This document shows, one piece after another, positions 53,606 through 63,869 of a DNA stretch of 64,000 nucleotides (the stretch's first letter is position 1; each line of letters starts with the position of its first letter). The stretch covers positions 30,542-94,541 of the forward strand of contig DAHWNL010000049.1 in assembly GCA_027339965.1 (NCBI GenBank). The letters run 5' to 3'. Below the pieces are notes generated by a model. It was not told the origin of the DNA and did not search any database. It saw only the letters and a list, made by a program, of their open reading frames with translations. A program made the translations under genes and the position numbers. Source of the stretch: Granulicella sp. GTDB taxonomy: Bacteria > Acidobacteriota > Terriglobia > Terriglobales > Acidobacteriaceae.

Positions 53606-54388
53606 TCATTCCAGCGCGCGGTCCAGATGAACGTAGCCTCCATCGACATAGAGATGCTGGCCGGTGATGTGGCTGGCTTGCCCGGAGAGTAGAAAGAGCG
53701 CCATGCCGGCAATCTCGCCAGGTTCGGTCATGCGCCGCCCCAGGGGGATCTTTCCGGAGATGGAACGAAGCTTGTGCTCGGGGTCTGGGAAGGTGTTCAG
53801 CCAGCTACGGTAGAGGGGAGTCATCACCTCAGAAGGAACAATTGCGTTCACGCGGATGCCGAAGGGAAGCAGTTCGACGGCCCACTCCCGAGTGAGAGCC
53901 AGTTGGCCGCCCTTGGCAGCCGCATAGCCGGAGGTTCCTCCCTGCCCTGTGATCGCCGTCTTGGAGGCGATGTTGACGATTGACCCCCGCGCGGTCTTCA
54001 AGGACGGCAGGGCGTAGTGCGCCATCGAGTAGTAGTGCCAGAGATTGCGTTGGATGGAGAGCAGAAATTGTTCGGGCGAGCCGGACTCAAGCCCTACCTT
54101 GTCATTGACTCCGGCGTTGTTGACCAGGGCATCGATGCGGTGACAGCGCTGGAGGGCGGCTTCGATGGCTTGTTGGCAGCTCTGCGGCGAGTCCAGTTCC
54201 TTCGCGATCAACTCGAAGCGTTCTCCCTTGGCGCGCAAGCGCTTGGCGAAAGCCTGCACTGCGTCCGAATCGCGCGTAACGATACACGGAACGGCTCCTT
54301 CTGCGATGCAGGCTTGAGAGATCGCTGCGCCAATGCCCTCGGCGCCGCCAGTGATAAGGATAATTTTCTCTTTCAATCCAAGATCCAC
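53606..54388 (-). CDS. SDR oxidoreductase, L-fucose dehydrogenase type (FucX-like)
   Basis: TGGAEGIG, NNAGVND, SKTAITGQGGTSGYAAAKG, EVMTPLY, DGGYVHLDRAL; fucP and GH29 nearby. Confidence 0.85.
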   Translation of the reverse strand: MDLGLKEKIILITGGAEGIGAAISQACIAEGAVPCIVTRDSDAVQAFAKRLRAKGERFELIAKELDSPQSCQQAIEAALQRCHRIDALVNNAGVNDKVGLESGSPEQFLLSIQRNLWHYYSMAHYALPSLKTARGSIVNIASKTAITGQGGTSGYAAAKGGQLALTREWAVELLPFGIRVNAIVPSEVMTPLYRSWLNTFPDPEHKLRSISGKIPLGRRMTEPGEIAGMALFLLSGQASHITGQHLYVDGGYVHLDRALE

Positions 54389-54563
54389 AGGAACCAGCCT
54401 TTCGGATTGAGAGAGCTAGGCTGCATCTTCGCTCCCGATACAGCGCTCCGAGTGTGGTGAGAGGGTGACGCATCGACTCTGATGGACGTCTTTTCTCTCA
54501 CGATGCAGGGAAGGAACGAGTCCGTTGGGCGTTGGGATGAAGATTCCAGCCCGAAAAGCTTCA

Positions 54564-56228
54564 TCATAGAGAGACTCCCCTCTTCCATGGAATGAAGTCA
54601 TATTGGCCGAGTTGCTCCGCGCGAGTACGCACCGTTCCGCTGGCCACCTCGACGACTTTGGACAGAATCTGTTCGCCCATCTGCTCGATCGTGATCTGGC
54701 CTGCGATGATCGGGCCGGTATCGATGTCGATGATGTCCGACATACGCTGAGCCAGCGGCGTGTTGGTTGCGATCTTCACCACCGGAGCAATGGGGTTGCC
54801 GGTGGGCGTGCCCAGACCTGTGGTGAACAGAACGATACTGGAGCCGGCACCCACCTGGCCGGTAACACATTCGACGTCATTGCCTGGCGTGCACAGAAGG
54901 TTCAGCCCGGGCGTGACGGCGTACTCGGGGTAATCCAGCACAGCCGCGACCGGAGCGGTGCCTCCCTTGCGGGCAGCTCCGGCGGATTTCATAGCGTCGG
55001 TGATTAACCCATCCTGGATATTCCCGGGGGAGGGGTTCATCTCCAGGCCGGAGCGGACCGCTCGGGCCCGCGCTGCGTAGTCGCGCATCAGGGCGACAAA
55101 TCGGTCCGCGGACGTCTGCGTGAGGCAGCGGTCCACCAAGCTCTGCTCCACTCCACAAAGCTCCGGAAACTCCGCAAGGATGGTCTTTCCGCCCAGCGCC
55201 ACCAGCAGATCGGAGGTGTGGCCGATGGCGGGGTTGGCGGAGATGCCGGAGAAGCCGTCCGAACCGCCGCACTTGAGCCCCAGGGTGAGGCCGCTGAGTG
55301 GCGCGGGTGCGCGGCCGTGCTTGTTTGCCTGAACCAGCCCCGAAAAGGTCTCGCGGATGGCGCGGTCCATCAGAGCCGACTCCGTTCCGATGGTCTGCTG
55401 ATCCAGCAGCACCAGGGGCTTGCAGAACGCTGGGTCGCGCTTTTGCAACTCGTCCATGAGGATAGCGGCTTGGGAGTTCTGACAACCGAGGCTGAGCACG
55501 GTGGCGCCGGCGACATTGGGGTGGTGGAGGTACCCGGCCAGGAGAGCACAGAGATTGCGGGCATCCTCGCGGGTGCCGCCGCAGCCGCCTTCGTGCATCA
55601 AAAAGCGAAGGCCGTCGACGCTTTCGAAAATACGCTTCGATGAGTTCTCCAAATTCGTCTGCAATTCCGCAACCTCCGCAGCCGCCGAGTCGTCTGCTTG
55701 ACCCTCCCGGTAGAGACGGGCCAGATGTGCTACCTGACGGCGGTACCTGGAGGGTGCGGCGAAGCCCAGTTCTTCCTCGAAAGCCTCCCGCAAGGTGGCG
55801 ATGTTTCGGTTCTCGCAGAAGACCAAAGGAATGACGAGCCAGTAATTGCGCGTGCCCACCTGGCCGTCGGCGCGGCGATAACCGAGGAACTCTTTTCTTC
55901 GCCATGCGCTGAGAAGATCGGACGGAAGTGCTGTCGGCTCCGCTTGAGATCTTCGATTGGAAGAGAAGTCGCTGCTGTCATGCTGGAGATTGGCCACCGT
56001 GAGAACCGCACCGGCGGCAATCGGCTCCCTGGCGCGGCCGACCAGAACGCCGTACATCAGGACAGGGTCCCCCGGCTGGCGGGCCTGGATGACGACCTTG
56101 TGTTTGCAGGGGACGGAGGTCACCAGCGTCCAAGTTTTGTCGCCCAGCCGTACCGTCTCACCGGCCGGGAGGTCTTCGAGGGCAATCAGCACATTATCAC
56201 GTGGATCAAGTTGCATTACCTTGGGCAT
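54564..56228 (-). CDS. uxaA: UxaA-family sugar-acid (altronate) dehydratase with SAF domain
   Basis: DNVLIAL, GTRNY, HEGGCG, LSLGCQ, GLKCGGSDGFSGISANP, NPSPGN, FTTGLGTP. Confidence 0.9.
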   Translation of the reverse strand: MPKVMQLDPRDNVLIALEDLPAGETVRLGDKTWTLVTSVPCKHKVVIQARQPGDPVLMYGVLVGRAREPIAAGAVLTVANLQHDSSDFSSNRRSQAEPTALPSDLLSAWRRKEFLGYRRADGQVGTRNYWLVIPLVFCENRNIATLREAFEEELGFAAPSRYRRQVAHLARLYREGQADDSAAAEVAELQTNLENSSKRIFESVDGLRFLMHEGGCGGTREDARNLCALLAGYLHHPNVAGATVLSLGCQNSQAAILMDELQKRDPAFCKPLVLLDQQTIGTESALMDRAIRETFSGLVQANKHGRAPAPLSGLTLGLKCGGSDGFSGISANPAIGHTSDLLVALGGKTILAEFPELCGVEQSLVDRCLTQTSADRFVALMRDYAARARAVRSGLEMNPSPGNIQDGLITDAMKSAGAARKGGTAPVAAVLDYPEYAVTPGLNLLCTPGNDVECVTGQVGAGSSIVLFTTGLGTPTGNPIAPVVKIATNTPLAQRMSDIIDIDTGPIIAGQITIEQMGEQILSKVVEVASGTVRTRAEQLGQYDFIPWKRGVSL

Positions 56229-56402
56229 GGAAAGGTTCCTGACGACCCGACGGCGGCTGAAACAGCCGCGAGCGCGGATCTATAGATTTGTAAATTTGTC
56301 ACTTGACCATCCTATGGCCTTCCCTTGCCGAGTTTCCTTGCGGAGTCCTTTGAAGGCAGGCCGCTTACGCGGAGCGAACGCTTCAGAGAGCCGGAGGATT
56401 CC

Positions 56403-57416
56403 TCAAGGGCCGCTGGTGGAGTCACGAACCACCAGGGAGGGTTCCAGAATGATGTTGACCGACTGTTGTTCCTTGCGGGATCCGAGCAGGCGGAGAAGGA
56501 TCTCCGCGGTGCGTTCCCCAATCTGGGTGCTCCGCTGGTCAATGCTGGAGAGCGGAACACGCAGCAGAGCGTCGTAGTGCAGGTTTCCGCAGCCAATCAC
56601 GGCGATGTCCTGAGGAATGCGCAGACCGGCTTCCAGGATGGCATTCATGGCGCCAATGCCCAACGGATCGTTGTAGGCAAAGAGCGCATCCGGGCGAGGG
56701 TGGCGTTCCAGCAAAAGACGCATGGCTTCAGCGCCCATCCGGGTGCTGTCCACATCCACATTGGAACGTGAAACCACCAGCTCTTCCGCAAAAGGCAGGC
56801 CCGCTTTGGCCAGAGCTTTGCGGTACCCTTCAAAGCGGCGGATGCCCGTGCTGTTTTCGCGTCCTCGGATATGGGCGATGCGGCGGCGGCCAAGCTGGAT
56901 CAGATGTTCTGTTGCCAGGCGGCCCGCGGCTTCATCGTCGATGCCGACGAAGTTCGCAATGAGTCCGGGAATCTCGCGGTCGATGAGAACATAGGGGATC
57001 TGGTTATTGCTCAGCCGATCGAAGACGGCGCGATCCGCTCCCGCTGTGGCGACCACCAGAGCGTCGAGCCGACGCGCGGTCAGTTGCTCAATCTCCCGAG
57101 ATTCAAGGGAGAAATTCTCTTCGGAGGAGGAGAGAAGGATGGAGTATCCCTGTTCGCCGACGGTCGCGGAGATGGCCTTGGCAACCTCGGCAAAAAAAGG
57201 ATGCAGCAAGCTGGGGACAACCAGCCCGATGAGATAGCTGCGCCCGGTGACAAGACTTCGCGCCAGCAGATTGGGCTGGTAGTCAAGCTCCTTCACTCGC
57301 CTCATCACCCGCTCCCGGGTCTCCTCCGCAATATCGGGATGGTTGCGGAGCACCTTGGAGATGGTGACCACGGAGAGACCGAGATCCTGAGCGATGTCTT
57401 TCATCCGAACAGCCAT
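56403..57416 (-). CDS. LacI family transcriptional regulator
   Basis: MKDIAQDLGLSVVTISKVL HTH, YQPNLLARSL hinge, periplasmic-binding-fold C-terminus. Confidence 0.96.
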   Translation of the reverse strand: MAVRMKDIAQDLGLSVVTISKVLRNHPDIAEETRERVMRRVKELDYQPNLLARSLVTGRSYLIGLVVPSLLHPFFAEVAKAISATVGEQGYSILLSSSEENFSLESREIEQLTARRLDALVVATAGADRAVFDRLSNNQIPYVLIDREIPGLIANFVGIDDEAAGRLATEHLIQLGRRRIAHIRGRENSTGIRRFEGYRKALAKAGLPFAEELVVSRSNVDVDSTRMGAEAMRLLLERHPRPDALFAYNDPLGIGAMNAILEAGLRIPQDIAVIGCGNLHYDALLRVPLSSIDQRSTQIGERTAEILLRLLGSRKEQQSVNIILEPSLVVRDSTSGP

Positions 57417-57465
57417 GGAAAGCACCTGGTAAATTGCAAGGCCAAGAGCAGGAGAAAAAAGCCGA

Positions 57466-57518
57466 TGGGAACACTCCCAGCCTATGATTGATTGCTTTGA
57501 CTTTATCGTTTCCTGTAA
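57466..57518. promoter_or_regulatory. Two candidate LacI-family operators
   Basis: TGGGAACACTCCCA (57466-57479) and TTATCGTTTCCTGTAA (57503-57518) in the divergent lacI/dehydrogenase region. Confidence 0.5.
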
Positions 57519-57802
57519 GGTGTTTCAAGGAGGAAATTGGAAAAACTCTCCGGCAGTGGCCAGACCTCTGTCAGACCGCCGCTGCATGGGGTGACTGATT
57601 CGGCCGAACAGAAGCTGCAACTCAGGCCAGCGACCGAGCGATTCAACTCCGTTGCCTTGGTGAGAAAGATGGCTCCGAGTGTAGGGCTGGGATGGCGCTG
57701 AGAATCATGCATCCAGAAAAGTGTACTGCCGAATGGAATGCAATCGACGGCTGAGGGGTGATCGACGTTTGTGAGCGCTCAACACTGAAGAAGGATGAAA
57801 CC

Positions 57803-58852
57803 ATGAAAGCTATCGTTCTTACCGGACCGGGAAGCGTTCAACTTGCGGAGAGGCCGAAGCCCTCCGCTGCGCCCGGAGAGGCTCTGCTCAAGGTCCGCAG
57901 GGTAGGGCTGTGTGGAAGCGATCTTAACTCCTTTCGGGGCCGGAACCCCATGATCTCTTTTCCGCGCGTCCCCGGGCACGAGGTTGCGGCCACCATCGAA
58001 GAGATTCCCGGGGAGCATCCACGGCTCTGCGTGGGAATGAGCGTGACTCTCTCACCGTATACGAGCTGCGGAAAGTGCACCTCCTGCCGCCGTGGGCGTC
58101 AGAATGCATGTGAGTTCAACCAGACATTGGGGGTTCAGCGTGATGGTGCCCTGACCGAGTATATTGCGGTTCCGCTGGAGAGGATCTTCCCTGCCCGGCG
58201 GAACGAACTGGCTCCGCACTCTCGCGAGTTGAATCTGGAGGAGTTGTGTCTGGTTGAACCCCTGACGGTGGGAGCGCATGCCGTGGCTCGCGGCCGAGTC
58301 GCTGCGGGAGAGACGGTGGCCGTGGTGGGCTGTGGCGGCGTGGGGCTGGGAGCGATCGCAGCGGCGGCCTTCCGGGGAGCGGTTACTGTGGCCGTGGATG
58401 TAGATGACGACAAGCTCGCCATCGCCCGCAAGGCAGGTGCGGCGCATGCCGTCCACTCCGCACGAGAGCCTCTGAGTCAGGCTCTTCGCGATCTGACGGG
58501 CGGCCGGGGGCCGGATGTCATCATCGAAGCCGTCGGCGTGCCGGAGACTTTCCGAGCCGCGGTGGAGCATGTAGCCTACACCGGACGGGTCGTCTACGTC
58601 GGCTATGCCAAGGAACCGGTGAGCTATGAGACCCGGCTCTTTGTGCAGAAGGAACTGGACATGCTCGGGACCCGCAACGCCCAGCCGGAGGATTTCCTTC
58701 AGGTCATGGCGATGCTGGAGGAGGGACATTTTCCGGTGCATGAGGTCATCAGCCGGACGGTTCGTCTGGAAAAGGCACCCGAGATCTTCGCTGCTTGGAG
58801 TGCAGAGCCCGGCCGATTCACCAAGATCATGATCGATCTTGATGAACTTTAG
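57803..58852 (+). CDS. Zn-dependent dehydrogenase, L-galactonate 5-dehydrogenase (LgoD/YjjN)-like
   Basis: CGSD, GHE, CGKCTSC...NAC, LVEPL, GCGGVG, KELDMLGTRNA. Confidence 0.8.
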   Translation: MKAIVLTGPGSVQLAERPKPSAAPGEALLKVRRVGLCGSDLNSFRGRNPMISFPRVPGHEVAATIEEIPGEHPRLCVGMSVTLSPYTSCGKCTSCRRGRQNACEFNQTLGVQRDGALTEYIAVPLERIFPARRNELAPHSRELNLEELCLVEPLTVGAHAVARGRVAAGETVAVVGCGGVGLGAIAAAAFRGAVTVAVDVDDDKLAIARKAGAAHAVHSAREPLSQALRDLTGGRGPDVIIEAVGVPETFRAAVEHVAYTGRVVYVGYAKEPVSYETRLFVQKELDMLGTRNAQPEDFLQVMAMLEEGHFPVHEVISRTVRLEKAPEIFAAWSAEPGRFTKIMIDLDEL

Positions 58853-59002
58853 CATCCGCGCCGGCGGTACCTTTCCGGGGACGTTCTTCTCGGCATCCCG
58901 TCCTCGATGAGGACTTTCCCCTGGGCTCCAAGCCGCCCACCGGTTTGCAAACCTCGCCCAGAAGGTTGGCTTGAAATTCCGCTCCAAGGATCTACGCTCT
59001 TG

Positions 59003-60316
59003 ATGAACATCACGCCCTCCCCTGCCGAAGATCGCGATCTCGCCGTTCCGTTGCTCACCCGGTCAACCCTGATCCCTTTCATCCTCATCACCACTCTGTT
59101 CTTTCTGTGGGGCATCCCCAACAATCTGAACGACGTGCTCATCCGCCAGTTCATGAAGTCGTTTGTGATGACGCGGCTGCAAGCTGGGCTGGTGCAATCG
59201 GCGTTTTATATGGGGTACTTTCTCCTGGCTATGCCGGCAGGTCTGGTGATGCGGCGCTTCGGCTACAAGTCAGGATTTGTGATTGGACTCGGGCTTTATA
59301 GCCTGGGAGCCTTTCTGTTCTGGCCGGCAGCCGTGGCCAACCGATATGCGTTCTTTCTGGCTGCCCTGTTTGTGATTGCCGGCGGATTGTCCTTTCTAGA
59401 GACCGCTTCGAATCCCTTCATTGCGCAGTTGGGTGACCCACGCAGTGCCGCGCGCAGGCTGAACATGGCCCAGGCCTTCAATCCGCTGGGCGCGATCACC
59501 GGCGTGTTGATCGGGACCGTTTTTATCTTCTCCGGGGTCAATCTGGACGCATCCCAGGTTGCAGTATTGAAGGCGCGACATACCTATTCCTCCTATCTGC
59601 ATCTTGAGACGATGCGAGTGACCGGCCCCTATCTGGCGCTCTCCGTCGCGGCGCTGGCAATGCTGGCGCTGATTGCTGCGAGCCGCTTTCCCGAGGTCCT
59701 TCTGCAGAGTGAAGCTCAGGAAGAACATCGAGGCAGCTTCCGCACTCTCTTCCGCCATCCCGGATTCCTGCTGGCCGTGGGAGCGCAGTTCGCCTATGTT
59801 GGGGCCCAGGTGGGCTCCTGGAGCTACTTCATTCCTTACGTGGTCTCCTACACACATGACCAGGACAAGGCTGCCGGATTTTTACTGACCGTCTCTCTAG
59901 TCGCCTTTCTGGCGGGGCGATTTGTCTCTGCATGGCTCATGCGCTATGTCCAGCCCAGCCGGCTGATGGGGATCTACTGTATCGTGAACCTGTTCCTGGT
60001 TCTTGCCGGCATCACCTTTCCGGGTTGGTTAGGGGTTTGGTCGCTGCTGCTCACCAGTTTCTTTATGTCGCTGATGTATCCGACGATCTTCGCTCAGGGC
60101 ATTCGCGGACTGGGGGCAAATACGAAGTTGGGCGGATCCATGATGGTGATGGCGATTGTAGGCGGAGCGGTGCTGACGCCGCTGATGGGATTGATCACAG
60201 AGCGCACGAGAAGCCAGGCGCTGGCCTATGTGGTACCGCTGGCGGCCTATCTCTTCATTGCCTTTTATGCGTTTCTGGATCTACGCATCGGCCCCGCAGG
60301 GGATCGGGAGGACTGA
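59003..60316 (+). CDS. fucP: L-fucose:H+ symporter (FHS family, MFS)
   Basis: LFFLWG..NNLND, QSAFYMGYF, LETASNP, RLNMAQAFN, YVGAQV, MYPTIF, MAIVGGA. Confidence 0.9.
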   Translation: MNITPSPAEDRDLAVPLLTRSTLIPFILITTLFFLWGIPNNLNDVLIRQFMKSFVMTRLQAGLVQSAFYMGYFLLAMPAGLVMRRFGYKSGFVIGLGLYSLGAFLFWPAAVANRYAFFLAALFVIAGGLSFLETASNPFIAQLGDPRSAARRLNMAQAFNPLGAITGVLIGTVFIFSGVNLDASQVAVLKARHTYSSYLHLETMRVTGPYLALSVAALAMLALIAASRFPEVLLQSEAQEEHRGSFRTLFRHPGFLLAVGAQFAYVGAQVGSWSYFIPYVVSYTHDQDKAAGFLLTVSLVAFLAGRFVSAWLMRYVQPSRLMGIYCIVNLFLVLAGITFPGWLGVWSLLLTSFFMSLMYPTIFAQGIRGLGANTKLGGSMMVMAIVGGAVLTPLMGLITERTRSQALAYVVPLAAYLFIAFYAFLDLRIGPAGDRED

Positions 60317-60413
60317 GGACATCGCGGCTCGGATGGGACAGACCCATCGAGACCACCCGCTACGGGCAGATTGCTTCCGGTTGCAAGCCACCGGGGTCGC
60401 AGCCGGTTCGTGA

Positions 60414-62267
60414 TCAAGCCAACTCAACCTTAATCGCCGCAGCGTAGTCGGCGGTCGGGTGCGCCTCGACCGGCAGAGAGAGACGCAGAGCGGCGGCAGA
60501 CTGCTTCCAATGCACCTTGGCGCTGCTGCTCACGAGCTGAACGCTCCGGATCTTGCCCGGTTGGGTTGGGCTTTGCAGGCCCAAGGATTCGACGACTACC
60601 TCGGTGGAGGGCCATCCCAGGGCAAAGACGTAGATGGTCTTGCCGTCTTTGCTGCTTGTGAAGCGAATGTCCTTGTCGCCAAGTTTGGAGATGCTGTTGC
60701 CTTGGAAGCTGCCGGCTTTGATCATGTTCGGTCCTTCACCGAACACCTTCCACGGGCGCGTCGCGTAAATGGCTTCTCCATTCGTCTGCATCCAGGCGGT
60801 GATACCATCCAACACGGCGATCTCCTTGGAGTCGATGGTTCCGTCGGGCTTGCCCGGGATGTTGAGGATGAACGTGCCGTTCTTGCTGACCGTGTCGATC
60901 ATCCAATGGATCACGTCGCGAGGCGGCAGATAGCCACCATACTCGCCGGGCCTGTTGTAGAGTCTGCGGTTATAGTGCCAGTCGCCGATGCAAGTCTCCG
61001 ATTGCCAGGGATACGACATGATTTTGCTGGTGAAGCCGCGCTCAATATCGGCTACAACGGCCTTCAGCCATTTGTCCGGAACCTGCTTGACCGTGACCAC
61101 AGCCTCCATCTTGCCGCCATGAGTTTGAAGATTGTGGTTGTAGAAGTACGCGCCGATGTTCATGCCACCCCAGCCCAGGGGAAACAAAGAGTTGTCAAAG
61201 TAGAGCAGGTCGGGGTCGTGCTGGTCGATGAGATCTCGCGTGCGGTCGTAGAAGTCCTTGACATAGGAGACGTCCGGCAGAGCGTTAAGGGGATGCTTGG
61301 CGCTATAGAGTAGCTGCGGATCATAGCCTTGCCACCACTGCTCCTTGCCCTGGGCCTCGGTCATGTGACCGTCATAGGGAACGCCGGCCAGCGGTCCGGT
61401 CTTGTCTGCACCGTGAGATGGTTGGAACCACCACCAGTTGCGGGCCTGATGCACGGTGACTCCCAGCCGCAGGCCTTGGGCCCGGGCCGCTTGGGCCCAG
61501 CGACCGACGACATCGCAGTGCGGGCCGATGTTCTTTGCATTCCAGGGGTGGTGCTTCGAATCCCAGGCGTCAAAGCCATCATGGTGATTGGCCAGAGTGA
61601 TGAAGAACTTGGCGCCGGCCTTCTTGTAGCGCTCGATCAGGGCGTCAGGATCCCAGTTGAGCAGCGTCCATTGTGCGCAAAGGTCCTTGTAACCGAAGCG
61701 CGTGACAGGGCCGTAGTGCTGCTGCTGATAGGCATACTGGCTGCCCGGGTCTTGATTCTGTATGTACATGTTCCGGGCATACCAGTCGCCATCTTCCGGT
61801 ACACACTGCGGACTCCAGTGAGCCCAGATGCCGAACTTCGCGTCGCGGTACCACTCCGGGGCATCGTATTCCAGCAGCGATTCCCAGGTGGGCTGGTAGG
61901 GGCCGCTGCCGGCCAGATCCGGGATGGGCGAACGCATGGGAACTCCGTCCCAGGAACCGCCGGGAACCGGCAGATCCGGGGCCTTGCCCCAGGCCGTAGG
62001 CTTCCAGGTGCTCTCATCGAGCCGCTCGGAGACGATCTTGCCGTCCACCAAGGCATAGAAGACCCGTTTGTCGGCCGGGGTGGCGCAGAACTGAGCGTAG
62101 TCCTGGGTGTACTGGTCGAAGCCTGGAGCTTCCATGACGGAGGCGCCGGAAGGCGATGTGTCGGCAGGAGATGGAACAGGAGTCTGGGCTGAGAGCGTGG
62201 CAGCCGCGGGAGCCGCCACCGCTGCGGCAGCCGAGGCCACCAGTTTGCAGAATTCGCGACGTCGCAT
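60414..62267 (-). CDS. Alpha-L-fucosidase (GH29) with Tat signal
   Basis: MRRREF; PEWYRDAKFGIWAHW; ANHHDGF; LLYFD nucleophile; DTVSKNG. Confidence 0.93.
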   Translation of the reverse strand: MRRREFCKLVASAAAAVAAPAAATLSAQTPVPSPADTSPSGASVMEAPGFDQYTQDYAQFCATPADKRVFYALVDGKIVSERLDESTWKPTAWGKAPDLPVPGGSWDGVPMRSPIPDLAGSGPYQPTWESLLEYDAPEWYRDAKFGIWAHWSPQCVPEDGDWYARNMYIQNQDPGSQYAYQQQHYGPVTRFGYKDLCAQWTLLNWDPDALIERYKKAGAKFFITLANHHDGFDAWDSKHHPWNAKNIGPHCDVVGRWAQAARAQGLRLGVTVHQARNWWWFQPSHGADKTGPLAGVPYDGHMTEAQGKEQWWQGYDPQLLYSAKHPLNALPDVSYVKDFYDRTRDLIDQHDPDLLYFDNSLFPLGWGGMNIGAYFYNHNLQTHGGKMEAVVTVKQVPDKWLKAVVADIERGFTSKIMSYPWQSETCIGDWHYNRRLYNRPGEYGGYLPPRDVIHWMIDTVSKNGTFILNIPGKPDGTIDSKEIAVLDGITAWMQTNGEAIYATRPWKVFGEGPNMIKAGSFQGNSISKLGDKDIRFTSSKDGKTIYVFALGWPSTEVVVESLGLQSPTQPGKIRSVQLVSSSAKVHWKQSAAALRLSLPVEAHPTADYAAAIKVELA

Positions 62268-62325
62268 AACGTTCCTCCACTGGGACTCGACCAAATATAC
62301 AGACTGAAGAAGGTGTTAGGCAAGG

Positions 62326-62344
62326 TTACAGGTAACGCTTTTCT
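62326..62344. promoter_or_regulatory. Candidate LacI-family operator upstream of the fucosidase
   Basis: TTACAGGTAACGCTTTTCT shares TTACAGG(A/T)AACG with the reverse complement of the 57503-57518 site. Confidence 0.45.
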
Positions 62345-63024
62345 ACGAAGCACAGGCACAGAGAATTGGCCCCGCCATCCAGGCTCTGGGCTTCGGATCT
62401 CGGCCTGACGCCGAAGCTTTCTGAAGTTAGGCGAGAGCGCTCAGCAAGAGCAAGATGCCGCCGACGGCCCGACCGAGAACGATCGCTCGAAATGGGGCCT
62501 TCCTCTCGAACGGAGCCCGGCCTTTCTGGCGGATCCGAACGGGAATGCAAGATCCTTGTTATGAATGACCTTGAGCACACCCGATCTCGTGGCAGACTCT
62601 TCGCGGTCGCGTCGCAAGCGCTGAGCGATACACATTCGTCGCATCGCGCTGTGACGGAAAAAGGCTGCCCTCCTACCTCTGGCCTGATCCCATCCTTTCA
62701 TCCATTCATCCACTCATCACCGGAGTTTCTGCTGGTTGCCGGTTGATCGAGCAGGGCCATGGCCCGGCCCGCATCGCATCGCATCGGTGCACCTCGCATT
62801 GCTTATCCGTCTGACTTGGGTCGGCAGCCTGTCGAGCATAAGCTACACGGCCCATACTGCGACGCGAACCTGCGGGTCATGCCTGAGACTGTGCTGCCAT
62901 GCGCGCTCCTTTGGCCCCGCGCCAAACCTTATTTCATCCTGTCGGTCGGAACAGCCACCAAAGCAAACCGAGGAAAGCCACCTCGTGGATGGCCTCAGTA
63001 ACTTGCTCAATTTTATGGTTTTTA

Positions 63025-63099
<75 letters not shown>

Positions 63100-63188
63100 T
63101 CACGTTCAGGAAACTCGCAACCGGGCGGCTGCTTGAAATCAGTTATAACAAATGCGTCCGACAGGGTCAAAGAGTGCGCGAGGCGGGC

Positions 63189-63345
63189 GGTGACTCGAAA
63201 CCGCTTCTGTGAAGACCCTGAGAGTGCGCTTTTCCCCTTCCAGGTTGAATCTCTGGAAGATGGAGTTGATGATCCGGGCCACCGGCCACACCATGAAGGA
63301 GCAGGTCAACGCAGACCATCGGCGGGGTTCTTGGCCACGGGCTGA
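63189..63345 (-). mobile_element. Degraded IS256-family transposase 3' end
   Basis: Fragments RTPPMVCV and RIINSIFQRFNLEGEKRTLRVFTEA, in different frames, resemble IS256 C-termini as I recall them (RTRPMVCF...RIIYSIFQRFNLEW..RTL..FTQAA). Confidence 0.55.
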
Positions 63346-63355
63346 CGAGACGGGG

Positions 63356-63800
63356 TGCCAAGGGCGGTTAATAAGGAGACCACTGTGGCGGAGTAAAAGG
63401 GAGCCACTGATCAATGAGGAGTTGGCATTTCGGGGGAGGAAGGGTGCCGGAGCGTAGTGGAGGCGACCCTCCTCCCCCCGGGCGCGTTTGGTCGGGGGGG
63501 GCGGCGCAGTCAGGCTCGTTTACGGCGGCTTTGCTTGAGGCGGTAGCTGTCGGCGTTCATCTCCAGGATGTGGACGTGGTGTGTGATGCGATCGAGCAGT
63601 GCGCCGGTGAGCCGTTCGGAGCCGAAGATCTCAGTCCGCTCGTGGAAGGGCAGATTGCTGGTGATGAGCGTGGAACCTCGTTCGTAGCGCTGCCTGATGG
63701 TCTCGAACAGCAGTTCGGCGCCGGTCTTTGACAGCGGCACATAGCCAAGCTCGTCGATGATCAGCAACTCTTGGGCTGAGAGTTGTTTTTGAAAGCGCTG
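63356..63800 (-). mobile_element. istB: IS21-family remnant: truncated istB plus right end
   Basis: QRFQKQLSAQELLIIDELGYVPL...ITSNLPF...ALLDRITHH (63510-63800, no Walker A). The terminus TGCCAAGGGCGGTTAATAAGGAGACCACTGTGGCGGAGTAAAAGGGAGCCAC has internal repeats typical of IS21 ends. Confidence 0.88.
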
Positions 63801-63869
63801 ACCTTACCCTCAGATTGCGTATCTCTTACTGATCCGGCATGAAACGAATGCGTGGTTAGAGTGTCTAAC

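Noticed and set aside
54877..55905. 342-aa Arg/Pro-rich ORF
   Set aside because: Alternative frame within uxaA; composition reflects GC3 bias
57669..57688. ATGGCTCCGAGTGTAGGGCT resembling the tRNA-Asn 3' end (possible att site)
   Set aside because: Short and imperfect, would split a coherent sugar cluster, and no integrase is present; probably chance
57527..57701. SD AAGGAGG followed by a 54-codon TTG ORF
   Set aside because: SD-to-start spacing of only 3 nt and no recognisable protein features
62690..62790. Short repeats (CATCCTTT/CATCCATT/CATCCACT; GCATC x3)
   Set aside because: Low-copy intergenic microsatellite-like sequence with no evident function
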